Source: the human T2T-CHM13v2.0 reference genome, Homo sapiens
Assembly (NCBI RefSeq): GCF_009914755.1
Contig: NC_060930.1
Length of the DNA stretch: 64,000 nucleotides
Direction: 5' to 3' (one strand)
Numbering within the stretch: the first letter of the stretch is position 1; every line of letters begins with the position of its first letter. The notes under the pieces are model-generated. The model saw only the letters and a list, made by a program, of their open reading frames with translations, did no database searches and was not told where the DNA came from. The translations under genes and the position numbers were made by a program. Below, in pieces: positions 1 to 16,240 of the stretch.

Positions 1-2317
<2,317 letters not shown>

Positions 2318-3419
2318 TAGAAAGGCAGGAAGTTTAAAAGCTTCACCTGCTTTTAGTTTCCTTACTTTTAAAACTAAGTGGTCATAGCTGAAGGAACCCT
2401 TAGCTTTTTTGTATGTGTACATGGACCTGGTCATCTAACCCACCTCATGCTAATTTTTCTACCTGGATTGCTCTTCCTGCTTCCCTACACAAAAAGGTGG
2501 TTACTCTCAAGGCCTTCAGCTTCCTTGAGGGTCCCATCATGGATATGTCTCCATCTCCTGTTTTGGTCTCTCTCAGTATTCTATTTGTTTTCTTCATTTT
2601 ACTCACCACTCTGTGTGTATATGCATGCATATGTATGTTTATCTATTTATTTCCTATCTCCTCGCTAGAGTGTAAATTCCTACAAAGCACATACTACATC
2701 TTCTGGTTTCACTACCATAGAACTCCTGTATTTTATGTAGCATATAGTAGCCCATTAGTTAATGTTATGCGAATGAATGACTACATGAATAGGTCACTAT
2801 GTGATACGTGTGATCAGTGTTGTTTAACAATGGTTTTAGCTTTTTGCTATATTTGACATGATTGTAAAAGATATAGGACCCTTCAAAGCATGTTTTAAAT
2901 CTCTGAAACCTTGAAATGGATATGTAAACTAGACAGAAAGTAGTTTTAGCTATTGCTAGTGATTTGTCAGCATTCAAAAAATCAGAAATCCAGGATCTTT
3001 GAAAGGGATGTTTATCATTAATAACAAACACTGAATACTGTTACAGATTGTTTTATACTAAATAAATATCTTAATAAAGTTTTATGACAACATAATTTAA
3101 CAGATTTTGAAAATCTGAAAATTGTAAGAGTTTCAAAGAAATGCATATTACATGGTAAAATGCATATCATATAGCATGAGAGATGCATATACCCTTTAAT
3201 CTTGGCACTTTGGGGGAACTCTAGGACACAAGGAATTTATCAAATGATACTCTTCACGGGATTACTGAGTTGAAGTCTTTATTTTTTTGACAAAGAAATT
3301 GTAATCCAGAGAGATTAGGTGATTCAACTATTTCAAGTCCTTTTTCTGGAATGTGATGATATAAATCAATACATAACTGACTTCTCCAAGGTCACACCAG
3401 CAGATAGTGGAATTTAAAA

Positions 3420-4040
3420 TAAAAAAGAGCACATGTTTCAGAGCCATAGACACTTTGTGAGAACCTCAGCTCTATCATGACCCAGGTCAGCTTCACTGGT
3501 TCTTTATCTATATGATAGATAGTTTCTTTATCTATATGATAGATTTTCATATCTATATGAAAACGCAGAATTATACTAATGCTATGGTTTGAATGTATCC
3601 CCCAAATGTTCATGTGTTAAAAACTTAATTGGCTTTGTAACAGTTTTAAGAGGCGGGGCCTTTAAGAGGTGATTAGTCCTTGAGAGCTCTGCCCTAATGA
3701 ATGGATTCATGCTGTTATGGCAGGAATAGGTTAATTATCATAGGAGTGAGTTCTTGATTAAAGGATAAGTTCAGCTCCATTTTCTCCTTGTGTCCTGTGT
3801 TCATTTACCATGTGATACCCTTAGCCATGGGATGGCCTTCACCAGATGCTGGCACCGTGCTCCTGGACTTCCCAGCCTCCAGAATCATGAGTCAAAAAAA
3901 CTTCTGTTCTTTATAAATTACTCAGTCTGTGGTTTTCTGTTATAGTAGCAGGAAATGGACTAAGGCAACTACCTAACCCATTGTGGTTTAAATAAGAATT
4001 TAGGTATCAAGTATCTAGCACAATGCCTGTCCACACTTGG
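3420..4040 (+). mobile_element. Degenerate MIR SINE, split by the MST LTR
   Basis: MIR-like core on both sides of the LTR, ending ...tatctagcacaatgcctg...gtaaatattagttt. Confidence 0.5.
3580..3967 (+). mobile_element. MaLR solo LTR (MSTC/MSTD-like)
   Basis: Starts TGCTATGGTTTGAATG and ends GGACTAAGGCA, with the MaLR motif ggacttcccagcctccagaa. 5-bp flanks are actaa/actac (4 of 5 match). Confidence 0.85.
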
Positions 4041-4627
4041 TATTCTGTAAATATTAGTTTCCTCTGCCTTCCCTTAAATGCGGTGCACCTCTCCTTATAT
4101 AATGTCTAATAACAGGAACCCCACCATGTTTCTGCCAAATCAATCTGTTTATTAATTAAACCCATTAAAAATATTAATCATAATGACTTACAAAAATATG
4201 AGGCAAAGTACCATAGTAACTCCAATGACAAAATGTCTCAGGCAGTACCTCTCAAATTAGAAAGACAAATAGAAAAGATGTGGAAGATATGAAGGAAAAG
4301 GAGGGAAAAAAAGGTTGAGAAAGAAAAATGCAGAGTGAAATTTTAAATGTTAGGTTCATGCCCATTAATACAAGTCTTCTATTAATCTCTTGCAGAATAG
4401 ATACTTGCCTCTTGTGAGGCAGCTACCAATTTAAGGCTAGAAGTATAATGTGCAACATTTAAGAAAAAATGGAGTTTAAAATTCATACTGATAGAAATCG
4501 TAGAAATACCCACTTTGAATTTAATTATTTATTTCACAAAGATATAAAAAACTCATTTTTAGCTGAAGCAAATGAATGTAATCACAATTCATTCTTACTA
4601 TTGAAAGTGTCACTAGCTACCAACAGG

Positions 4628-4680
4628 ATGTGTGTGTGTGTGTGGGTATGTGTGAAAATATATATATATTTTATATATAA
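4628..4680. repeat. (TG)n followed by (TA)n microsatellite
   Basis: Seen directly. Confidence 0.85.
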
Positions 4681-7505
4681 GTGTGTTTACATATGATTGT
4701 TTATATTTTTTCTAAATCTCTTATAACCCTTCAAAGTTGTGTTGAAACATATGTCATTGCTCAGCTTTTTATGGCCAAATATTCAGAAAACAATCTTTTG
4801 ACAGTTGAAATGCCAGTTTTCAGAAAGAAGGAAAATTAAGCCATTTCCCTCAAGCATCATCTAGCTGATGGTTGCTGACAACAGAAGATTTTCTGACACT
4901 TAGATTTTCCAACCTTTTTGACTCACATACGTATCTATGTAGATGGCTCATGGTACAAACTTGAATAACAATCTTAAATTGTGATATTCAGAAATGTCAG
5001 CTCTGGCCCTTTACAAAATGAATACTTTGAAATTGTGTCTCTCTCCCTAATAGTTTTGTTTTGGAGGGGGGAAAATGGTGTGCTCCAGAAACCAAGCAGT
5101 CAGCCTTTTTTTTTTTTTTTTTTGAAAACTTATTGGATAAGCAGCCCAAGAAAAGGCGCTAGAAGATGTGAGAATGATTCTCCCTCCCTTCAAAAAGTTT
5201 TATTCTTATTGAGACACAATAAGAAAATAAAAAACAATTTAAGTGAGAACAAAAAAAAAGATTGCTTGTAAAAGATAATCCATGGTATGACTATTCTGAA
5301 AACTGCATTGGTACTTTTCACAAGGGAATACAGATGACCAAGTCATAATGAGTTGAACCTGATGAAAATAGATGGGCAGGAAGTATTTAATGATTCTCAG
5401 TCTTTAATAATTAAAATATAATTCAGCCAATTAGTAATATAATGTGCCAAACAATTCACTTGCAGTAACAAGTTTTGAAAGATTGGTTTGATTCAGGTAC
5501 TAAGTAGTCATCAGAGGTGGCATTGTGTTACTGTGGAAAAGCTGATTTCCTTGGGTTTCTACATACATTTTTCTATTTGGATCAGATAAAATAAGTAATA
5601 AGTAAATACATAAAAAAAACCTCTTGATATTAAGGCCTCACTATTTTTAGATGGCAAATACAAATGAATTAGTAAATTAAATACCACTGATTATTGATAT
5701 TCCAAACATGAAGTGTTAAATAAATCATAGGACTTTTCCTGATGCCTACTATAAATGATTTTAAATAGTTTTTTAGGTAAAATTCACAATTAATAACAAA
5801 CGAGTTTTTACGTCTTCAGAAAAAATGAACATAATAATAGAGAAATTATGGAGACATTGTGCAAACTTTAGATAGTGATCATTTAAAAGTTAATTTCATG
5901 ACATGAATAGTTGGCCATTAACAATCTGGGCTTAAAGAATGTTAACATCCTAAATCATAAATAACCAATTTATTTTATAATGAATGTTTTCATTTCAAAT
6001 GACCTGTAGATATTTGTTCAGAGGTTTGCTGTTGTATTTGTTCTGTTTCCTTTTGTTTTCTTTATTTTTTTAATTAACAGATAACACAAACCGCTCAAGT
6101 GAATTTTATTTATTGCTATGGAAATATATTTTTATTACATTAAATCATGTGAAATTGATATTTTTGTGGGTCAAAACTGTCAAGTCAAAAAATCTCATGG
6201 TTTAACTTAAAATAACAGAGGTCTGGGTCTAGGACTGAGCATTTTAAAATTTAATCTGTAATCCAGGCTTCTACATGAAAATGCATATAGTATGGCAACA
6301 TATAGACAGTTACCGAAGGTGGAAAGCATTTGAAATTTCATGAGGTTTGCATACTCAGTGACCTAAACTACTAACCTTTTAAAGGCAATCAGAATCCAAT
6401 TTTTTTCAATGTTGCTGAGAAATAGAATCATTAAGGAGACCAGATATTTATTCCTTCAGCATGAAAACAGTATTATTATATCTGCCTAAACATGAGTAAC
6501 CTGAGAAAACAAATTAACTAAAATGTATATGTATAGTTATTTTCCTTTGAATTTAAAATAAAAATCATGTAAATATTATTTTCTCATATTAAGTAATTAA
6601 ATATATTAAAATATGACAGTGTTTTCTGTTTATATGCTGTGAACATTGTGAAAGTTTGAGTATTAACCGCCTGTTTCTTCATTTCTAAAACTGAGTCAAG
6701 CATCGAGAATTATAAAATGATGACATGAAAAGTATGTTTTAGAATTCTCTTGTATTATATATAGAATAAACACCATGCACATCAACCACACTTAAAATGC
6801 TAAACCACATGGATGGAGTTAAACCAAATTAGAGATTAATTATAAGTGGCTTATTCTCCCCTTCAAATCTAGTTTTTAAATGCTCTGTGAGACTATGCAA
6901 AATACTGAATTTAGAACTCTTAGGTCACACATATTTACATTTTGATTTCATAACTATGGTATGGCAAACAGCATACTTTTCTCAATATTAAAGTTGAAAA
7001 ATCCCTTTCTCCATGCTACTCCAAGCCTATTGGAGTTGAAGAGATAAAAGTGTCCCTGAGAGCAGTGACCTTTGTGGCCATCTGCGGTATATACTTCTGT
7101 AGCTTTAGAAGTTGTCTGAGATGGTATCTGTACAAGGAGAACATGCCATGTTAGGAATAACCTGTCAATGTACACAAGACCAGGGGCCTTACAGGATCTG
7201 CTTTCAAAAACGCACTTCCCAGAGTATTTGGGGCTTCACATTCCATCCTCAGAATCCATATCTGATCCTCCACATGTATGAAGCAAACCCAAAACAAGAG
7301 AGAATAGAGAGACTGTTACATATACTTAAATAAACTATCTCAAAAAATGCTATTCTGTTTGGGCACCTGTGCTTTAGAATGAGATAGCTTTTATTATTGA
7401 TGAAAAACAGAAAAGTCACTGAGAAGCAGTATTACATGCAGACAGAAATAACTGTGATAATAAGTGGAGTTCTATCAGAGAATTCTGCATTTTTCCACCA
7501 CATAA

Positions 7506-7960
<455 letters not shown>

Positions 7961-9269
7961 TAAGTTAAACATAAAAGTATGAGCAGAAAGAACAGAAAGT
8001 CACTTTTTTGCTTACTCTGAAAGAATCTGGGAAGAACGTACCCAAGCGTTCTTGACCTCTTAAGTGACACTAGTTATGAAAGAAGACACCACCCATCCTC
8101 CTGCTGCACACTTCAAAAACAGACTGCCTGTGGAGGAATGTAAATGACTCTTTGAAACAGAAAAATTCTTGAAAGCTTACTAATGGATTTCTCTTCAACA
8201 AAACAATTTCAGGAAAATGGATAGAAATTTTCCTTTCTGAGTTATTCACCTCAGTGAAGTAGTCTTTTAGCTCTGGATCTAAAAAAAAAAAATTAGGTTC
8301 TACATATAGAAAATCAGATATATTTTATATGGTTTTAAATTAAAATTAAAAATCAGCCTGCAATAATGATTAGTGTATTTTTTTTGGAGTACATATCTTT
8401 ATTGATGTCAGTAAACATGACCTCATCTTTTTTTTGACAACTGAAAGTATCTAGATTTTTTTCTGTAACTACTTACTGTCTTTTTTTTTTTTAAAGCCTA
8501 TGTTGGCCTTTTTTAAATCACTTTAGTCTCAACATTGTGTTCTGCAGGGCACTGATTCTCTGTGAATAAACAAAAAAGCCTTCTATGTTCAAAATGTTGT
8601 GGTAAACAGACTAATTTGCTGAAAGCATCTAAAACTTCCTATTTAAATTATGGGTCTCCAACAAGAGAATTATACTATTCCATCACTTTAATCTTCTTCA
8701 ACTACAGAACCCTTTTTTCAGGAAGAGCCTCCTGGGTCTAATGTTTAGCAAAAAAACCCAAAACATTCTGGACAAAGTATACCATTTTCAAAATTTCATT
8801 TTATTATACAGATGTATCGCAAAAGAACATTTAAGTGTTTCTAATGACTTCTGACTCATTCTATGTTTTGAATAACTGCCTAGGTCAAATTTGTAGAAAC
8901 CATGCATACAAACACATAGCTAGTTGCATTTTCCACATGGTTAGCTATATGCTGCTGCTCTTGCATCTGGGTTTTAATGGAAAACACAGGGGTAGATCTA
9001 TTTGAATGTGCTCCTCATCTGTTGGTTATCTCTCTCCCTTCCTCACACCTTTGATGCTTATGAGCATCTATTTTTTTGGATGGCCTATGCCATCTTCTGT
9101 ATTAACTGACTGATTTTGAGCTGGAAAAAGTGAAAGTGTCTTAGACATCAAGGGGTAGCTAATTGAACAGTATTATATGACATAATGAAAGTGTGAAATA
9201 TAAGGGGAAAGTCTTGTGAAATTTATTTTATATTTTTTGTGACTTCCTTAGGTCATTTGCATACATTCC

Positions 9270-9760
9270 TATAATTTAATTCAATTTCAAGACACATTAG
9301 TGTATTCCAATTCAATTCAATTATGATGGTAACCACCTGGAATTAGTGCAGGCACTGCAGGTTACAGGCGCAGTTACTGGTGAGATTGCGCTCACTTCAG
9401 ATGCCAACTGTAAGTTCCTAGATTTCCAAGCCACCTACATTTCAAAACAAATGGATTCAAATATGAGAGAGTTCCTGCAATTTCCTTTAAGTCAATAATT
9501 TGCTGGAGTGACCTACAGAACTCAGGAAAGCACATGCATAAATCAATATCTGCCAAATAAGAAACACATAAAGTGAGGTCTGGAAGAGTCCTGAACCCAT
9601 CTTCCCATGGAATCAGAGTGCATCACCCCCCCAGTGTATCAGTGTGTTCACTAACCGGATAACTACACCAAACCTGGTGTTTCACAGAATTATTGGTGTT
9701 TTAAATAGCCATGATTGATTGAATCATCAAGCACATGATTATACTCAATCTCCATCATTT
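9270..9760. mobile_element. MER21-family LTR fragment
   Basis: Motifs ccaattcaatt...cacttcagatgccaa...ataatttgctggagtgacctacagaactcagg resemble the MER21 consensus as recalled. Confidence 0.65.
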
Positions 9761-12528
9761 CCACATTTTTCAGAATAATCATCTGTTTTTGAATTGTGTC
9801 ATAGTTATATTCTTGGAGGCAATGCAAGCATATTGAGTTTCTTTCCCACTCTGAAAGGCCCAGAAAGTTTAATGTTGGAGTTGCATGGTTTTTTTCTATC
9901 TTACCCTTTGCTCTCAATTTTCACTTTTAGGAATGTCCCTTCTTAGCATTTTGTCCTCTGACCTTCTTACCATCAGAATTAGCTCTGATGTGCGTTGAGA
10001 GGATATGAATTAGCTCTGATGTGAGTTGAGAGGTATCAGTGACTTTCCTGCACAGACTACTTTGTGTAGTCTACCAGGAAGGGTTTTGTGGAAGCCTTTT
10101 CACTGTCTCAGGGCCTGCAAATTACCAGATGCTTGACATTTTCGTTGTAGTATTAAATATATTATCTTATGTAAAGTTCTTAATGTCATTTTTATATCAA
10201 ATCCAGACAATATATTGGGACGTTAATTTGAAGAAAGAATGTAACACTCTTCTAATTTAGTTCCCCAAAAATGTAAAATTTATTAAAATCTCAGACTAAA
10301 ATTAAGAAAAAATACAAGTACTTTTAAAATGTGCTCAATTTTTATTTTAGATATATCTTTGATGTTAGCTAATGATAGTGAACTTACTATGGACATTTTT
10401 TTTCCAGAAAATAATTGCTTATAACGCATATGTCCAGGTTCGTACAAGTATCGGTTAAGTAAATTAATTGATCCATCTCACAAATGTAGGCAGTTTCTCA
10501 GAATACATGGTATTAGTTTTACCATATGTATCTGAAAAAAAGATGAGAAGAGCTTTTTTAGTAGTGTCTTTTTTAATGTATACATAATTGTACATATTTA
10601 TGGAGTATGTGTGATATTTTGCATATGATCTGTAATGATCAAATCAAGGTATTTAGGATATGCCTCATCTCAAACATTTATCATTTCTTTGTGTGGGGAA
10701 CATTTCTCATCTTCTAGCCATTTTGAAATATATAATAAATTATTGTTAATTATAGTCACCCTACAGTGCTATTGAACACAAGAACTTATGTTTTCTAACT
10801 GCATGTAAACATTAATGAACCTCTCTTCATCTCCAACCCCACCCCGCCTCCCCCCGTGAGCCTCTGCTAAATACCATTCTAATCTCTACCCTCATGAGAG
10901 CAACTTTTTTAGCTCGCACATATAAGTGACAATCTGCAATGTTGGTCTTCTCTGCCTGGCTTACTTCACATGGCACAATGACCTTCAGTTCCATCTGCAG
11001 ATGACACTTTGCTGCAAATGACAGGATTTTATTCTTTTTTATGGCACAATACTATTGTGTGTTATGTATGTTTATATACATATATATGCAATGAAATGCT
11101 ATTATGTAAGATATATATATATATATATATATATATAACTTTGTCTTTGTCTATTCATTTATTGGTGGACAGTTTGTTTTTTTTCCATATGTTGGCTAAG
11201 GTGAATAGTGCTACAGTGAACAGTGGGGGTGCATGTGTACATTTGATATACTGATTTCCTTTCTCGGATAAATACTTGGTAATGGTATTGCAGGATTTCA
11301 TGGTAGTTGTACTTTCAGGGTTTTTTTTAAAAACCTCCATACTGTTTTCCATAATGACTATCCAGATTTACATTCCCTCCAGCAGTTATTTTCCTCTGCA
11401 TCCTCACCAACGGTTGTTATTTTTTGTCTTTTGGATAATAGCCATTGTAATAGTAAGATGATATCTCATTTTGTTTTTATATTCACTTCCCTTATGACTA
11501 ATGATGTTGCATATTTTTCCTTATACCTATTGCCCACTTGTATGTCTTCTCTAAAGAAATTATTCAGATTCCTTTCCCACTTTTTAATGAGATTATTTGT
11601 TTTTGGTGTTGACTTCATGGAATTCTGTGTATATTCTGGATATTAGTTCCTTGTCAGATGAACAGTTAGCAAATATTTTCCCTCATTTAACAAATTGTTC
11701 CTTCACTCTGTTGATTTTTCCTTTGTTGTGCAGAAGCTTTTTAGTTTAATGTAATAGTAATATGTGTCTATTATTGTTTTTGTTGCTTGTGATTTTGAAT
11801 TTATAGCAATAAAATCCTTGTCTACACCAACATCCTGAAGCATTTCCCCTGTTTTCTTCTAGTAGTTCTGTAATTTGGGCTCTTACATGTAAATCTTCAA
11901 TCTGTTTTGAGTTGATTTTTATATATCATGAGAGATAGGGGTTTGGTTCATTATTTTTTCCTTTGGATATCCGGTTGTCTCAGCACCATTTATTGAAGAG
12001 AGTGTCTTTTCCCCAATGTGTGTTTCTGATACCTTTGTTGAAGATCAGTTGGCTGTAAATACATGCATTTGTTTCTAGATTCTCTATTCTTCTACTTTGG
12101 TGGATGGGCCTGTTTTTATACCAATACCATGCTGGTTTGGTTACTATAGCCATGTAGTATATTTTGAAGCCAGGTAGTGTGATGCTTCCAGCTTTGTACT
12201 TTTTGCTAAGGATTGAATTGATTATTTGGGTTCATTTGTGGTTGTATACAAATATTAGGATTTTTTTTCTATTTCTTTGGAGAGTGTCTTTGGTATTTTT
12301 ATAGTTGTTGCATTGTGTCTTTATATTACTTTGAGTAGTATGGTCATTTTAACAAGATTCACTCTTCCAATCCCTGAGCATGGAATGTTTTTCCATATGT
12401 TTGTATCCTCTTCAATTGCTTTCATCAGAAGTTTGTAATTTTCCTTACAGAGTTTTTGTCACCTCTATGGTTAGATTTATACCTAGGTGTTTTTTTGTGT
12501 GGGTATTTAAATAGGATTGCATTCTTGA

Positions 12529-12889
<361 letters not shown>

Positions 12890-13700
12890 TAGTGACTTTT
12901 GTACATTGATTTGTATCCTGCAACTATACTGAATTTGTTTATCATGTCTAAGAGTTTCTTGGTGGAGTTGTTAGGTTTTTTTTAAATGTAAGATCACATC
13001 ATCTGCAAAGAGGGATAATTTAACTTTCTCTCTTCCAATTTGGATACATTTTATTTCTTCCTTGTCTGATTGCTCTGTCTAGAACTTCCAGTACTATGTT
13101 GAATAGGTACAGTTAAAGTGGGCATCTTTGTCTTGTTCCAGTTATTAGAGGAAAGGTTTTCAGCTTCTCCCAGTCCAGTATGTTGTTAGCTGTGGGTTTT
13201 TATATATGGCCTTTATTATATTGAGGTATGTTCCTTCTGTGCCTACTTTCTTGAGAATTTTTATCAGGAGAGGATGTTAAATTTTACCAAATGCTTTTTC
13301 TGAATCTAAGATTATAATTTTTTTCCTCATTCTGTTGATATAATGTATCTTGTTTATTGATTTGTGTATGTTGCATTATTCTTACATCTCTAGGATAAAT
13401 CCCACCTGATTATGGTGTATTATCACTTTGATGTGCTGTTAGATTTGGTTTGCTAGTATTTTGTTGAAAAATTTTGCATTTATGTTCATCAGGGATATTG
13501 GCCTGTAGTTTTCTTTTTTTAATTGTTCCCTTATCTGTTATTTTCTATGAGAGTAATACTGGCATAATACAATGAGTTAGGAAGAATTCCCTCCTCCTCA
13601 ACTTTTTTGGAATAGTTGAGAAGAATTCATGTTAGTTCTTCTTAATAAGTTTGACAGAATTCATCAGTAATGCCATCAGTCCTGCACTTTTCTTTGTTGA

Positions 13701-14134
<434 letters not shown>

Positions 14135-14687
14135 TAGAGTATAATTGTTTATATTAATATTTAATGGGGCTTTGTATTTCTGTGATACTGGTTTTAATGT
14201 CTCCATTTTCATATTGATTTTATTTATTTGGGTCTTCTCTCTTTTTTTCTTTTTTGGTTGCCCAGCTAATGGTTTATCTGTTTTGTTTATCTTCTCACAA
14301 ATCTAAGTTTTTGATTAATTTATCCTTTGTATTTTTTTAGTCTCCATTTCATTTAGTTCTGCTCTATTCCTTATTACTTCTTTTTGTCAACTAATTTTGG
14401 ATTTGGTTTGTTCTTTCTTTTTTAGTTCCTTGGGGTTTATTGTTATGTTGTTTATTTGAAATTTTTCTACTTTTTGAGGTAAACATTTATTGCTGTAAGC
14501 TTCCCTCTGAGCACTGCCTTTGCAGAATCTTATTAGTATCTCATAGTATGTTGTGTTTCCATTTTATTTTGTTTCAAGAGGTTTTTTTTTTCCTTCTTAA
14601 TTTTTTCATTGACCCAGTGGTCATTCATAGTCATTTTGTTTATTTTTTTTTTTACAATTTCCAAATATCCTCTTAGTATTTATTTCT

Positions 14688-14995
14688 TTTCTTTTTTATT
14701 CTTTTTTGAGATGGAGTCTCACTTTTGTCGCCCAGGTTGGAGTGGAGTGCAGTGGCCTGATCTTGGCTCACTGCAACCTCCACCTCCCGGGTTGAAGTGA
14801 TTCTCCTGCCTTAGCCTCCTGAGTAGTTGGGATTACAGGCATCGCCCACCACACCCGGCTAATTTTTGTACTTTTAGTAGGGACGGGGTTTCACCATGTT
14901 GGCCAGGCTGGTCTCGAACTCCTGACCTCAGATGATCCACCCCCCTCAGCCTCCCAAAGTGCTGGGATTACAGGCGACAGCCACCGCACCCGGCC
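14688..14995 (-). mobile_element. AluS (Sq/Sx-like)
   Basis: Full dimer with a 17-bp TSD tctta(g/a)tatttatttct at 14671-14687 and 14996-15012. Confidence 0.92.
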
Positions 14996-16229
14996 TCTTA
15001 ATATTTATTTCTAGTTTTATTACATTGTGGTCTGAAAAGTATTAAATATAATATTGATGTTTAAAATTTTGTTGAGACTTGTTTTGTGACCTAATGTATA
15101 GTCCATCCTAGAGAATGTTCTATGTGTTGGTTAGTATAATGTGTATCTGCAGCTGTTGGATAAAATATTCTGCAAATATCTATTAGGTTCATTTGGTGTA
15201 TTGCTCAGATTGTTTTTCTTAGTTGATTGTCTCTCTAAATGACCTAATGCTAGGAAGGGGATGTTGGAATTGCCAACTGTTATTGCATTGGAGTCTGTCT
15301 CTCTCTTTAGATCTATTGGTATTGCTTTATATATCTGGATGCTTCAGTGTTGGGTGCATGTTTACTTAGAATTATTATATTATCTTCCTGAATTCATTCC
15401 TTTATCATTATATAATTACTGTCCTCATCTCCTTTTATACTTTTTGATTTAAAGTTTATTTTGTCTGATACATGTATAACTACTTCTGTTTGCTTTGGTT
15501 TCCATTTGCATGGAATATCATTTTCATTCCTTCACTTTGTATGCATCTTTGAAAGGGAAGTGAACTTTTTGTATGCAGCCTATAGTTTGGTCATTTTTTA
15601 AAATCAATTCAGCCAGGCTATATCTCCTAAGTGGATAATTTATTCTGTTGACATTTAGAATATTATTGATAGGTGAGGACTTACTCCTGTCACTTTGTTA
15701 ATTGTTTTCTAATTTTTTTGTATATCCTTTTTCTTTTTTTTTTTTCTCTCTTACTGTTTGTCATTATGGTTTCCTGACTTTCTTAATGGCAACATTTGAC
15801 TCCTTTGTTTTTCTTATTTTTGCATTTGCTCTACCCTGAGTTTAATATCTTCCTGTTTCCATGGTGATGTATATTGGCCTTTTGCTTCCAGATGCAGGAC
15901 TGCCTTAAGTGTTTCTTGAAGAGCTAGTCTACTGGTGATGAATTCCCTCAGTATTTGTATGGGAAAGACTATTTCTCCTTCACTTTGGAAGGATAACTAA
16001 TGGGCATAATATTCTTGGCTGACAGACTTTTTTTTCAATGCTTTGAATATATTATCCCATTCTCTTCTGGCCTTTAAGGTTTCTGCTGATAAATCCATTC
16101 TTAGTCTACTGGGAATATCCTTATATGAGATTTGATACTAATATGGCCTGGCTGTGTTCCCACCCAAATCTCATCTTGAATTGTAGTTCCCACAATCCCA
16201 ATGTGTTGTGGGAGGGACCCAGTGGGAAA

Positions 16230-16240
16230 TAATTGAATCA
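16230..16240 (+). promoter_or_regulatory. DUX4-type motif TAATTGAATCA in the THE1C 5' LTR
   Basis: Exact match to TAAYYBAATCA. Binding at this copy is not shown by sequence. Confidence 0.55.

Noticed and set aside
2318-2340. TSD of the first L1
   Set aside because: Plausible (ends gttt/aaaa), but the other copy lies outside the window.
3580-3967. MST LTR as another first exon for MEI4
   Set aside because: The usual MaLR donor position reads atgagt rather than gtgagt.
9976-10033. Repeat-spacer pattern as CRISPR-like
   Set aside because: Only two copies with a 4-nt gap, in primate DNA with no cas genes.
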